A stretch of 64,000 nucleotides of DNA from Solirubrobacterales bacterium (GCA_035688825.1 DASSMM010000057.1:2830-66829); one strand, 5' to 3'; positions 42,111 to 51,654 are shown, counted from the stretch's first letter. A program made the numbers and translations. The notes: generated by a model from the sequence alone, not told the origin.

Positions 42111-42198
42111 AGGGGCGCAAGCATATTCACGATCGGATGGACGCCTGAGCCCGTCGCTCGCCAACCGGCTGCGGATCGGGTTCGCGATCGGCTTCGCC

Positions 42199-43392
42199 GT
42201 GCTCACGGCGATGGCGGTGATCGGCGTCGCCCGCTTCATCCAGCAGCGCCAGGACTTCGAGGACTCGATCGCCCGCTCCTACCAGGTGGAGATGGTCGCC
42301 CGCGAACGGATCGCCCGCGGCACCGGCGGCAAGGCGGCGCGGGCGGTGGTCGCGCAGCAGATCCAACATCGCGAAGAACTGCAGGACGACATCTCCGGCG
42401 ACACCCGCGACACCGCCCTGCTCGTCGCCGCCGGCCTGATCGCGGGCCTGACCGGCGCCCTGCTCCTCTTCAGCGGCCTGATCTCCTCGATGCGGCGGCC
42501 GCTCGAGGAGCTGGTCGACGCCGCCGGGCGGCTCGCCGGCGGCGACCGCAGCACCCGGGTCGAGGTCGGCGGCCTGGCGGAGACCGCGACCCTCGGCGCC
42601 GCCTTCAACGAGATGGCGCGGGAGCTGGAGATCGAGGAGGGCCGGCGCGACGAACTCGACCGGCTCAAAGACGAGTTCGTGCTCACCGCCTCGCACGAGC
42701 TGCGCAGCCCGCTGACCTCGGTCCAGGGCTTCGCCGAGCTGCTGATGCTCGACAAGGACTCGCTGACGCCGCGGCAGCGGGAGACGGTGGAAATCATCCT
42801 CGACAACTGCCGCCACCTGGTGCGTCTCCTCAACGACCTCCTCGACCTCGCCCGCTCGGACGCCGGCCGTCTATCCATCCGTCCGCAGCCGACCGAGGTC
42901 GCGCCGCTGATCGAGGACGTGGTGCGTACGATCCGCGCCCAGACCGAGGCCGCCGGTCAGAGCTTGACCGAACAGGTCGAGCCCGGCCTGCCCCAAATCG
43001 AAGTCGAGCCCGACCGGATCCGGCAAATTTTGGTGAACCTGCTTACCAATGCTCATGAGTACACGCCCGAAGGTGCGTCCATCGGGGTCGCGGCGCGCGC
43101 CGTCGGCGCCGAGGTGGAGATCAGCGTGACCGACAACGGCCCCGGCATCCCCCCAGACCAGCTCGAGCGGATCTTCGAGCGCTTCACCCGCGGCGACGCC
43201 GGGTTGACCCAGCGCGTCGGCGGCACCGGCCTCGGCCTGGCGATCTCGAAATCGCTGGTCGAGCTGCACGGCGGCAGCATCGGCGCCGAGAGCACCGTCG
43301 GCCAGGGGTCGACCTTCCACGTGCGCCTGCCGGTCGCGACCGGCGCCGCCGCCGACGGCGGCCCGGGACGGGAACGGGCGGAGGCGAGCTGA
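42199..43392 (+). CDS. sensor histidine kinase (HAMP-HisKA-HATPase)
   Basis: H-box FVLTASHELRSPLTSV, N-box LTNAHEYT, DNGPGIP, GGTGLGLAISK. Confidence 0.9.
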   Translation: MLTAMAVIGVARFIQQRQDFEDSIARSYQVEMVARERIARGTGGKAARAVVAQQIQHREELQDDISGDTRDTALLVAAGLIAGLTGALLLFSGLISSMRRPLEELVDAAGRLAGGDRSTRVEVGGLAETATLGAAFNEMARELEIEEGRRDELDRLKDEFVLTASHELRSPLTSVQGFAELLMLDKDSLTPRQRETVEIILDNCRHLVRLLNDLLDLARSDAGRLSIRPQPTEVAPLIEDVVRTIRAQTEAAGQSLTEQVEPGLPQIEVEPDRIRQILVNLLTNAHEYTPEGASIGVAARAVGAEVEISVTDNGPGIPPDQLERIFERFTRGDAGLTQRVGGTGLGLAISKSLVELHGGSIGAESTVGQGSTFHVRLPVATGAAADGGPGRERAEAS

Positions 43393-43757
43393 TGGCGACG
43401 ATCCTGGTCGCGGACGACTCGGAGACGATCCTGCTGCTGATGCGGACGCGGCTGGAGATGGCCGGCCACACGGTCCTCACCGCCGCCGACGGCCAGGAGG
43501 TGCTCGACGCGGTCGCCGGCAACGGCCTGCCGGACCTGCTCCTGCTCGACGCGATGATGCCCCGCAAATCCGGCATCGACGCCCTGCGCGAGCTGCGCGG
43601 CGACGGCCACGACGTCCCGGTCCTGATCGTCAGCGCCCACCAGAACCCGGGCGACGCCGACGCCCCCACCGATCTCGCGATCGACGGCTACATCACCAAG
43701 CCGATCGACTTCGACCGCCTCCTGGAGACGATCGCCGCGCTGACCGCGCGAACCTAG
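43392..43757 (+). CDS. single-domain response regulator (receiver only)
   Basis: ILVADDSE...LLLLDAMMPRKSGIDAL...YITKP. ATG overlaps the kinase stop. Confidence 0.9.
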   Translation: MATILVADDSETILLLMRTRLEMAGHTVLTAADGQEVLDAVAGNGLPDLLLLDAMMPRKSGIDALRELRGDGHDVPVLIVSAHQNPGDADAPTDLAIDGYITKPIDFDRLLETIAALTART

Positions 43758-45865
43758 CGGCGGACGACGCGAAACCGGAACGCCACGGGCGTGCGGTCGC
43801 GGTTGCCGGCAGCGTCGATCGCGAAGACGCGGAAGCTGTGGCGACCCGCTTTGACCCGGTAGGCGCGGGGCGAGGCGCAGGGGCGGTAGGGCTTGCGGTC
43901 GAGCTTGCAGCGGAAGCTCGAGCCGGCCTCGCTCGCGGAGAAGCGGAAGGCCACGCGGCGCCACTGCTTGCGGGTGAGAAGGAGCGCCCGCGGGTGCGCG
44001 CCGAGCCTCGTCTGCGGCGGGCGGGTGTCGGCGGGAGGGGCCGGCGGTGGCGGTTCGGGAAGCGGCGGCGGAGGCAGAAGGGTCCTGGTCCTGAAGTTGT
44101 TCGGGTCGGCTTCGTAGACGCTCTCGCATTCGACCGGCGCCGGGTCGCCGTACTGGGGACGGTCGATCGTCGCATCGTCGTCGTCGGGGCCGCAGTTGAT
44201 CGTCAGGTCGGCGTCGCCGGAGTTGGCGAGGATCGAGTCTTCGCCCGGCCCGGCGTAGTAGGTGTCGGGGCCCGGGCGCCCGAGAAGCTGATTCGGCCCG
44301 GCGTCGCCGTAGAAGACGTCGCCGGACGTTTTCGAGGAAGAGCCCTCGAGATCCTCGATTTCGGTCAGCGAGTCGAGCGGTTCGCCGCCGCAGTCCGGCG
44401 TTTCCCCGGAGCCGGGGCGCCCGGCGGCGCCGCTCGCGAGGTTCGCCTCGACGCCTTCGTCGGACTGAGCCCAGGAGGCGTTGTCGCGGCCCTCGCCGCC
44501 GGCGATCCGCTCGCCGTCGCAGGTCGAGGCCGAAAGGAAGAGGTCGTTGCCGCTGCCGCCGAGCAGTTCGTCGGCGCCGCCGTTGTGGGTGAGGGCGTCG
44601 TCGCCGCCGAGGGCGCTGAGGACGTCCCCTCCCCCGCCGGGCCCGTCGACCAGGATGTCCTCGCTTTCCTCGCCGCCGGCGACCGAGTCGTTGCCCTCGC
44701 CGCCGATCGCGACCACGGAGACGGTGGCGGGGAAGCCGGACGCGGCGATCGTGTCGTTGCCGCCCATGCCGGCGAGTAGGACCGAGTCGAGGGGCTCGCC
44801 GAACGAGCAGGTGGCATCGGTTGCGGTGACGCTGCAGCCTTCGGCCGATCCGCTGTCGAAGGTCCCGGCGGCGAGGTGGAAGCTGACGCTCCCCGGGCTG
44901 TAGCTCGCCGAGACGCCGTCGTTGCCGTTGCTGCCGACCAGGTAGAGCTGCGCGTACCCGCTCGCCCCCGGCGGCGTCATCGAGCCGACGCTGACCTTGC
45001 TCGTGTCGCGGGTGTCGATGCCACCGGCGTCGACGTTGTCGCCGTCAGCGCCGCCGACGAGGGTGTCCGCCCCGCCTTCTCCCAGCAGGACGTCGGCGCC
45101 GCCGCCGCCGTAGAACGCCTGCGGCGCCCCGGTCCCGATCAGGTAGTCGGAGAACGGGGACCCGATCACGGTCTCGAAGCTCTGGGCTTCGACTTCGTCG
45201 ACGCCGCCGCCGAGGGGCGCGAGGCCGTTGTTGGCGTTCCGTTCGCCGGCCCTCATGTCGAGCCGCAGGCCGCGCTCGCCTCCCGGGGCGGGGAACCCCG
45301 GCACGTTCACCGTCCCTTCGAACCCGGGCGTCACCCCGGTCGAGTAGCTGAGCGTGTCGGTACCGCCGCCGGTGTCGAAGATGCGGTCGATCGTCGAGTC
45401 GCCGCGGACGTAGTCGTCGCCTTCCTGGCCGTCGATCGAGTCGCCGCCGAAGCCGCCCAGCAGGCGGTCATTGCCCGGGCCGCCTTCGAGGAGGTCGTCG
45501 CCGATCCCGCCGAAGAGCTGGTCGTTGCCGGGCCCGCCGCGGAGGGTGTCGTTGCCGCGCTCGCCGAAGACGACGTCGTCGCCTTCGCCGCCTTCGAATG
45601 TCTGGCTGCCGACGCCGAGACGGCAGCCGTCCGGGCACGAGGTCGCGGCGGTAATCGGCCCCGGGACGATCACGTCGTCCCCTCCCCCGCCCTTGACGTC
45701 TTCGACGGAGGCCGGGACGACGATCACGTCGGCGCAGGGCGTCCCGTAGGTGGTCTCGCCGACGGTGGTAGGGCCTTCTGAGCAGCTAGGGGCCGCCGCC
45801 GCGCCTCCTGGAAGCGAGAGCAGCGCCAGAAGGCAGACGAAGAGAAGTGCCGGGAGGAAACGCAT
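43754..45865 (-). CDS. secreted protein with hemolysin-type (RTX-like) calcium-binding repeats and C-terminal Pro-rich linker plus beta-domain
   Basis: ATG 45865 gives MRFLPALLFVCLLALLSLPGGAAAAP. Many GGxGxD nonapeptides (GERGNDTLRGGPGNDQLFGGIGDDLLEGGPGNDRLLGGFGGDSIDG). The track ORF extends to 46876 only as a shadow of the helicase gene. Confidence 0.8.
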   Translation of the reverse strand: MRFLPALLFVCLLALLSLPGGAAAAPSCSEGPTTVGETTYGTPCADVIVVPASVEDVKGGGGDDVIVPGPITAATSCPDGCRLGVGSQTFEGGEGDDVVFGERGNDTLRGGPGNDQLFGGIGDDLLEGGPGNDRLLGGFGGDSIDGQEGDDYVRGDSTIDRIFDTGGGTDTLSYSTGVTPGFEGTVNVPGFPAPGGERGLRLDMRAGERNANNGLAPLGGGVDEVEAQSFETVIGSPFSDYLIGTGAPQAFYGGGGADVLLGEGGADTLVGGADGDNVDAGGIDTRDTSKVSVGSMTPPGASGYAQLYLVGSNGNDGVSASYSPGSVSFHLAAGTFDSGSAEGCSVTATDATCSFGEPLDSVLLAGMGGNDTIAASGFPATVSVVAIGGEGNDSVAGGEESEDILVDGPGGGGDVLSALGGDDALTHNGGADELLGGSGNDLFLSASTCDGERIAGGEGRDNASWAQSDEGVEANLASGAAGRPGSGETPDCGGEPLDSLTEIEDLEGSSSKTSGDVFYGDAGPNQLLGRPGPDTYYAGPGEDSILANSGDADLTINCGPDDDDATIDRPQYGDPAPVECESVYEADPNNFRTRTLLPPPPLPEPPPPAPPADTRPPQTRLGAHPRALLLTRKQWRRVAFRFSASEAGSSFRCKLDRKPYRPCASPRAYRVKAGRHSFRVFAIDAAGNRDRTPVAFRFRVVRR

Positions 45866-45909
45866 CTCCCCTTCCATACCCCGAGCCGTCACATCGACTC
45901 GGTAAGCGC

Positions 45910-47388
45910 TCAGCTCTTGGCGATCTCGAGGCGGATTTCCTTGCCCTTGAGCTTGGTGCCGTCGAGGAACTCGACGGTGCGCTCGGCCTGGTCGGGGTCG
46001 ACCTCGACGAAGGAGAAGCGATGGAGGACGCGGACGTCGTGGACGGCCTCGTCGGGCAGGACCGCGCCCTCGCGCAGAGCCCAGCGCAGGTCCTCCTCGT
46101 CGATGCCGCTGCGCTCGCCGCGGTTGACGAAGAGCTTGACGGTCTTCCCCTTCGCCTCCTCGGAGTCGCCGCCGTCGCCGTTGCCGGCCGCGGGCGCCTG
46201 CTCGCGCTCGCGGCGCTCTTTGCGCTCCCCCCGCTCGCGCTCGCGCCGGCGCGGCCGCGGCGCGTGTTCGAGCCGCTCCTCGGGGCTCTCCCACTCGCCG
46301 ATCGAGGTCTTGACGTCGCGCTCGATGCGGGCGATCTCGTCGCGCTGGTCGGGGGTGACGAAGGTGATCGCGCGCCCGGTCCGCCCGACCCGGCCGGTGC
46401 GGCCGATCCGGTGCACGTAGGTCTCCGAGGAGTTCGGCACGTCGAAGTTGATGACGTGGGTGACGTGCTCGACGTCGAGCCCGCGGGCGGCGATGTCGGT
46501 CGCCACCAGCAGCCGCACGCGGTGGTCCTTGAAGGAGATCATCACCCCGTCGCGGACGCCCTGGCTGAGGTCGCCGTGCAACGCCTTCACGTCGAGGCCT
46601 TTGTCCTTCAGCGTCTTCTCCAGCTTCGAGGCGCCGATTTTGGTCCGGGTGAAGATGATCGCCTGCTCGGGTTCTTCGGTCTTCAGCAGCTCGACCAGGC
46701 GGGAGGCCTTCTCCTTGGCGGGAACCTCGACGAAGGCCTGGGAGATCTTGTCGACCGTCAACTGTTTCGGGGTGATTTTGATCGTCACCGGGTCGTACAT
46801 GTAGCCCTCGGCGAGCTTCTGGATCGGCGGCGGCATCGTCGCCGAGAAGAGCGCCGTCTGGCGCCCGCTCGGGCACATCCGCAGGATCTTCTCGACGTCC
46901 TCGATGAAGCCGAGGTCGAGCATCTCGTCGGCCTCGTCGAGGACGACGTAGCGGGCGGCGGTGAGGACGAGCGAGCGCCGCGACATCAGGTCCTTCATCC
47001 GTCCCACGGTGGCGACGACGACGTGGGCGCCGGAGCGAAGCTGCGACTGCTGCGAGCGGATCGGGGCGCCGCCGAAGACCGCGACTATCTCGATGTCGAG
47101 GTGCTCGGCGAAGGTGCGCAGCGCCTGGGTCACCTGGATGCAGAGCTCGCGGGTCGGGGTGAGGACGATCGCCTGCACCTCGTCGTTGGCGGGATCGAGG
47201 TACTGCAGCAGCGGCAGCCCGAAGGCGGCGGTCTTGCCGGTCCCGGTCTGCGCCTGGCCGATCACGTCGTGGCCGCCGAGCAGCTCCGGGATCGCCTGCT
47301 CCTGGATCGGCGTCGGCTCCTCGAAGCCGAGCTCGTCCAACGCCTGCTGGATGTCAGGCGAGAGTCCTAGGTCTTTGAATGCGGTCAC
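45910..47388 (-). CDS. DEAD-box ATP-dependent RNA helicase with DbpA-type C-terminal RNA-binding domain
   Basis: Q-motif FKDLGL..PTPIQ, AQTGTGKTAAF, DEADEML, SAT, HRIGRTGRVG. GTG start. Confidence 0.95.
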   Translation of the reverse strand: MTAFKDLGLSPDIQQALDELGFEEPTPIQEQAIPELLGGHDVIGQAQTGTGKTAAFGLPLLQYLDPANDEVQAIVLTPTRELCIQVTQALRTFAEHLDIEIVAVFGGAPIRSQQSQLRSGAHVVVATVGRMKDLMSRRSLVLTAARYVVLDEADEMLDLGFIEDVEKILRMCPSGRQTALFSATMPPPIQKLAEGYMYDPVTIKITPKQLTVDKISQAFVEVPAKEKASRLVELLKTEEPEQAIIFTRTKIGASKLEKTLKDKGLDVKALHGDLSQGVRDGVMISFKDHRVRLLVATDIAARGLDVEHVTHVINFDVPNSSETYVHRIGRTGRVGRTGRAITFVTPDQRDEIARIERDVKTSIGEWESPEERLEHAPRPRRRERERGERKERREREQAPAAGNGDGGDSEEAKGKTVKLFVNRGERSGIDEEDLRWALREGAVLPDEAVHDVRVLHRFSFVEVDPDQAERTVEFLDGTKLKGKEIRLEIAKS

Positions 47389-47412
47389 AGGATGCGTGTC
47401 AGGAGATGCGTG

Positions 47413-48360
47413 TCAGGACGATGGGTCCAGGAGGAGCTTGCCGGTCGTGCGGCGCGCGATCAGGTCTTCGTGCGCCCGCGCCGCTTCGGAGAGCGGGTAG
47501 ACCTCCCCGATCGTAACCGTCAGCTCACCTGCGGCGATCGCCGCGAAAAGGTCTTGGATCATCGGGCCCAGCAGATCCTGCCTGGTCAGCAGGTGGGCGA
47601 GCCAGAAGCCGATCACCGACTTCGAGCCGCGCAGCAGCGAGGCGGTGGAGATCTCGCGCTGTTCGCGGGAGGCGATCCCGAAGACGACCATCCGCCCGAG
47701 GGGGGCGAGGATCCCCATCTCCTCGTCGAAGGCCTCGCCGCCGCTCATGTGGAGGACCGCGTCGACGCGGTCGCCGCCGTTGGCCTCGCGGATCGCCTCG
47801 CCGAGGTTCTCGGCGCGGGAGTCGACGGTGGCGTCGGCACCGAGGCTCTGCACGAGCTCGCGCTTCTCCTCGCTGGAGGCGAGGCCGATCACCTTCGCCC
47901 CGGCGCGCTTGGCGAGCTGCACGGCGAGCGTCCCGGTGCCGCCGGCGGCGGCCTCGACGACGATCGCCTCCCCCGGCTCGATCCGGGCGCAGCGGTGGAC
48001 CAGCGCCATCGCCGTCAGGCCCTGCAGCAGGCCGCCCGCGGCCTGGTCGTAGTCGACCTCGGGCGGCAGCTCGATCATCTGCCCCTGCGGGACCGCGACC
48101 TTCTCGGCGTAGCCGCCGCTGCCGAGCAGGACGGCGACCCGGCGGCCGTCGTTGGTCTGGCCGCTGATCTCGGCGCCCGGGATCAACGGCAGGGTCTGCT
48201 CGGCCAGGTAGTCGTTGCGGGAGGCGTGGGTGTCGGCGAAGTTGATGCCGCTGCGTTTGACGTTGACGACGATCTCGCTCAGCTTCGGCGACGGATCCGC
48301 TACGTCGACGTACTTGAGGACCTCGGGGCCGCCGAACTCCTCGATCTGGATCGCTTTCAT
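47413..48360 (-). CDS. NADPH:quinone oxidoreductase / zinc-type alcohol dehydrogenase (MDR) family
   Basis: ATG 48360 (MKAIQIEEFGGPEVL). AAAGGTGTLAVQLAK Rossmann motif. The track ORF N-terminal extension is spurious. Confidence 0.9.
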   Translation of the reverse strand: MKAIQIEEFGGPEVLKYVDVADPSPKLSEIVVNVKRSGINFADTHASRNDYLAEQTLPLIPGAEISGQTNDGRRVAVLLGSGGYAEKVAVPQGQMIELPPEVDYDQAAGGLLQGLTAMALVHRCARIEPGEAIVVEAAAGGTGTLAVQLAKRAGAKVIGLASSEEKRELVQSLGADATVDSRAENLGEAIREANGGDRVDAVLHMSGGEAFDEEMGILAPLGRMVVFGIASREQREISTASLLRGSKSVIGFWLAHLLTRQDLLGPMIQDLFAAIAAGELTVTIGEVYPLSEAARAHEDLIARRTTGKLLLDPSS

Positions 48361-48424
48361 CGGCGCGCAGTCTCGCAGGGCGGCCGCCCCGGGCGCGGTC
48401 TCGTCATCTACGCTCCCTGCGGGA

Positions 48425-49354
48425 ATGGCGCTCACGGTCGTCGGATCAATCGCGTTCGACGCGGTCAAGACCCCGTTCGGGGAGCGCGAGCGCATGCTCG
48501 GCGGCGCCGCCGTCCATTTTTCGCTGGCGGCCAGCTTCTTCACCGAGGTGCGGCCAGTCGGACCCGTCGGCGACGACTTCGGCGCCGAGCAGTTCGAGGT
48601 CCTGGAAGGTCGCGGGATCGTCTGCGAGGACATCGAGCGGGTCGAGGGCGGCCAGAGCTTCTTCTGGCGCGGCCGCTACGAGTACGACCTCAACGTGGCT
48701 CATACGGAGGAGACCCGGCTCGGCGTCTTCGCCGAGTTCGAGCCGAAGCTCTCCGAGGCCTCGCAGAACGCCGACACCCTCTTCCTCGCCAACATCCAGC
48801 CCGACCTGCAGCGCCAGGTCCGCGCCCAGTGCACGGCGGCGCGGCTCAGCGGCCTCGACTCGATGAACCTCTGGATCGAGACCGCCAAGGACTCGCTGAC
48901 GGCGGCGATCCGCGAGGTCGACTGCCTCGTCGTCAACGACGCCGAGATCCGCCAGCTCACGGGCGAGTCGAACCTCGCCCGGGCCGCCCGCGCGGTGATG
49001 GCGATGGGGCCACGGGCAGTGATCGCCAAGCAGGGCGAGTACGGCGCCGCGCTCTTCACCGCCGACGGCTTCTTCGCCCTCCCGGGCTTCCCGCTCGAGG
49101 ACGTGCGCGACCCGACCGGGGCCGGCGACAGCTTCGCCGGCGGCTTCTTCGGCTACCTCGACAGCGTCGAAGGCGAGCTCACCGACGCCGAGCTGCGGCG
49201 GGCGATGGGCTACGGGACCGTGCTCGCCTCGTTCAACGTCGAGGAGTTCGGGACCGAGCGCGTCTCCCGCCTCAGTCGCGAGGAGATCGACGAGCGCTTG
49301 GAGCACCTGCGCGGGATGACGCAGTTCGAGAGCCCGGGCGTTCGCACCCCGTAA
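48425..49354 (+). CDS. PfkB-family carbohydrate kinase
   Basis: ATG 48425 (MALTVVGSIAFD). DPTGAGDSFAGGF ATP/anion-hole motif. Confidence 0.85.
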   Translation: MALTVVGSIAFDAVKTPFGERERMLGGAAVHFSLAASFFTEVRPVGPVGDDFGAEQFEVLEGRGIVCEDIERVEGGQSFFWRGRYEYDLNVAHTEETRLGVFAEFEPKLSEASQNADTLFLANIQPDLQRQVRAQCTAARLSGLDSMNLWIETAKDSLTAAIREVDCLVVNDAEIRQLTGESNLARAARAVMAMGPRAVIAKQGEYGAALFTADGFFALPGFPLEDVRDPTGAGDSFAGGFFGYLDSVEGELTDAELRRAMGYGTVLASFNVEEFGTERVSRLSREEIDERLEHLRGMTQFESPGVRTP

Positions 49355-49392
49355 ACTCCTTTCCTCCGACCACCCAGTCAAAGGAGGGGGCG

Positions 49393-50811
49393 ATGGCCGC
49401 CGAGCAGCAGACGCAGGACCCGACCGCCGAGAACGCCAACGCCTCCTCTGGCTCCGGCAACAGCGGCAAGGACTCGCTGACGGTCACCGACAACCGCACC
49501 GGCAAGACCTACGAGCTGCCGATCTCCGACGGCACGGTGCGGGCGATGGACCTGCGCCAGATCAAAGTCGACGAGGACGAATTCGGGATGCTGGCCTACG
49601 ACCCGGCCTTCACCAACACCGCCTCCTGCCGCTCCTCGGTCACCTACATCGACGGCGCCGCCGGCATCCTCGAACACCGCGGCTACCCGATCGAGCAGCT
49701 CTGCGAGAAATCGACCTTCCTCGAGGTCGCCTACCTGCTGATCTTCGGCGAGCTGCCGACCGAGGCCCAGCTCGAGCGCTGGGTCTTCGACATCACCCAC
49801 CACACCTTCGTCCACGAGGACCTCAAGCACTTCTTCGAGGGCTTCCGCTACGACGCCCACCCGATGGGGATGCTGCTCTCCGGGGTCGGCGCGCTCTCGA
49901 CCTTCTACCCGGACGCGAAGCAGATCGGCGACCCCGAAGAGCGCTACATGGCCGCGGTGCGGCTGATCGCCAAGGTGCCGACCCTCGCCGCCTTCTCCTA
50001 CCGGCACAACATGGGCCTGCCCTACGTCTATCCGGACAACGAGCTCTCCTACGCCCAGAACTTCCTCTCGATGATGTTCAAGAAGACCGAGGACCGGCAC
50101 ATCCCCAAGGAGGCGCTGACGAAAGTCCTCGACGTCCTCTTCATCCTCCACGCCGACCACGAACAGAACTGCTCGACCAACGCGGTCCGCGGCGTCGGCT
50201 CCTCCGACGTCGACCCGTACTCGGCGGTCGCGGCGGGGGTGGCGGCGCTCTATGGGCCGCTGCACGGCGGCGCCAACGAGGCGGTGCTGCGGATGCTGCG
50301 GCGGATCGAGTCGCCGGAGAACATCCCCGACTTCCTCGAGCGGGTGAAGCAGCGCGAGGAGAAACTGATGGGCTTCGGCCACCGCGTCTACAAGAACTAC
50401 GACCCACGGGCGCGGATCATCCAGCAGTACATCGAGCCGGTCTTCGAGGCGACCGAGTACAGCCCGCTGGTCGAGATCGCGCGCGAGCTGGAGAAACGGG
50501 CGCTCGACGACGAGTACTTCACCGAGCGCAAGCTCTACCCGAACGTCGACTTCTACTCGGGGATCATCTACGAGGCGATGGGGATCCCGACCGAGATGTT
50601 CACGGTCATCTTCGCCATCCCCCGCACCGCCGGCTGGGTGGCCCAGTGGATGGAGATGCAGGAAGACCCGGAGAAGAAAATCGCCCGCCCCCGGCAGATC
50701 TACACCGGCGAGCGGGAACTCGACTACGTCTCGATCGAGCAGCGCAAAGGGCCGGAGAAAATCGTCGGCCCGCCGGCGCGGCGGCCTAAACGGCCTCGGC
50801 GCGGGGCTTAG
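49393..50811 (+). CDS. gltA: citrate synthase (type II)
   Basis: ATG 49393 preceded by AAGGAGGGGG. GILEHRGYPIEQL, LFILHADHEQNCST, GFGHRVYKNYDPRA. The 1139-aa track ORF is mostly shadow frame. Confidence 0.96.
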   Translation: MAAEQQTQDPTAENANASSGSGNSGKDSLTVTDNRTGKTYELPISDGTVRAMDLRQIKVDEDEFGMLAYDPAFTNTASCRSSVTYIDGAAGILEHRGYPIEQLCEKSTFLEVAYLLIFGELPTEAQLERWVFDITHHTFVHEDLKHFFEGFRYDAHPMGMLLSGVGALSTFYPDAKQIGDPEERYMAAVRLIAKVPTLAAFSYRHNMGLPYVYPDNELSYAQNFLSMMFKKTEDRHIPKEALTKVLDVLFILHADHEQNCSTNAVRGVGSSDVDPYSAVAAGVAALYGPLHGGANEAVLRMLRRIESPENIPDFLERVKQREEKLMGFGHRVYKNYDPRARIIQQYIEPVFEATEYSPLVEIARELEKRALDDEYFTERKLYPNVDFYSGIIYEAMGIPTEMFTVIFAIPRTAGWVAQWMEMQEDPEKKIARPRQIYTGERELDYVSIEQRKGPEKIVGPPARRPKRPRRGA

Positions 50812-50955
50812 AACCTCAGGCGGGCTTGTTGGGGGAGGGACGGGTGCCCCTCTCCCAGAGACCGTCGCGCAGCTGGACGTAGTGCTGGGCGCCATTGTGA
50901 TCTCTGGAGCCTCTGGGAGAGGGGCACCCGTCCCCCTGCCATCGCCTAGGGTTCT
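50810..50955. repeat. 146-bp MITE-like palindromic element between gltA and the next operon
   Basis: Outer arms AGAACCTCAGGCG / CGCCTAGGGTTCT and inner arms GGGGGAGGGACGGGTGCCCCTCTCCCAGAG / CTCTGGGAGAGGGGCACCCGTCCCCC around a 50-nt centre. It starts at the gltA stop codon and ends 3 nt before the next start. Confidence 0.8.
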
Positions 50956-50958
50956 CGG

Positions 50959-51315
50959 GTGGCTCGTCCTTGGAAGTTGACGGTCCGGCATGGGTCGGAT
51001 GTGGATCACGCGCAGTTCGATGACCTCGGGGAGGCAGTGGCAGCTATGCGTGAGCGGGCGCTGGCGATCCGGGCAGAGGGGCCGGCGCAGCCGGTGCGCT
51101 CGCTGCGGGACTTCGAGCCGGGGGACCAGGTCCAGGCGCGGCTGCAGCTGAGCGGGCGCGGCCTCTTCCGCAAGCCGGTGGCGGGGGTCGACGTCCGCGG
51201 GGACGGGACCTTCGTGCCGTTCAAGGGCGGGGTGGCGCGGGAGAAGCTCGACCCGACCGACCACGACACGCCGTTCGACGTCGTGCGGGAGACTTTGGAG
51301 GCGGAAGACCGATGA
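50959..51315 (+). CDS. hypothetical protein (118 aa)
   Basis: GTG start, GC3-rich coding pattern. The stop overlaps the next ATG (ATGA). No family recognised. Confidence 0.55.
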   Translation: MARPWKLTVRHGSDVDHAQFDDLGEAVAAMRERALAIRAEGPAQPVRSLRDFEPGDQVQARLQLSGRGLFRKPVAGVDVRGDGTFVPFKGGVAREKLDPTDHDTPFDVVRETLEAEDR

Positions 51316-51650
51316 GCAAGGCCGATACCGAGATCCCGAAAGGAAGCTACGCCGCCGGCGAGCGGGTGAAGCTGCCCGCGGGCGCCGAACCGCCCTACAC
51401 CGTCTTCATCAACGGGATCGAGCAGAGCAAGGGGACCTACCGGATCGAAGGCGGCGAGATCGTCTTCGACCGCCCGATCGTCAAGGAGAAGGTCGGGACC
51501 GGGCGCTGGCTCGCCATGTACCTGGGGATCTTCGGCACCTACCGCAAGAACGAGACGATCGACGTCCAGTTCACCAAGGGCGGCAAGATCGAGCTGCGCT
51601 CCGACCTCCCGGTCATCCCCTACGCCGAGGGCGAGGGCCCCGAAGCCTGA
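51312..51650 (+). CDS. hypothetical protein (112 aa)
   Basis: MSKADTEIPKGSYAAGERVKLPAG... Translationally coupled to both neighbours. No family recognised. Confidence 0.55.
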   Translation: MSKADTEIPKGSYAAGERVKLPAGAEPPYTVFINGIEQSKGTYRIEGGEIVFDRPIVKEKVGTGRWLAMYLGIFGTYRKNETIDVQFTKGGKIELRSDLPVIPYAEGEGPEA

Positions 51651-51654
51651 GCCC

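Noticed and set aside
45866-46876. N-terminal 337-codon extension of the RTX-like ORF (track 43754..46876).
   Set aside because: It overlaps the DEAD-box helicase gene on the same strand in another frame. A canonical signal peptide starts at ATG 45865, and the upstream translation is Arg/Pro-rich.
47392-50811. 1139-aa + strand ORF that would fuse sequence across three loci.
   Set aside because: Only the last 472 codons (from ATG 49393, with a strong RBS) are citrate synthase. The upstream part is antisense or out of frame to the quinone oxidoreductase and PfkB genes and has junk composition.
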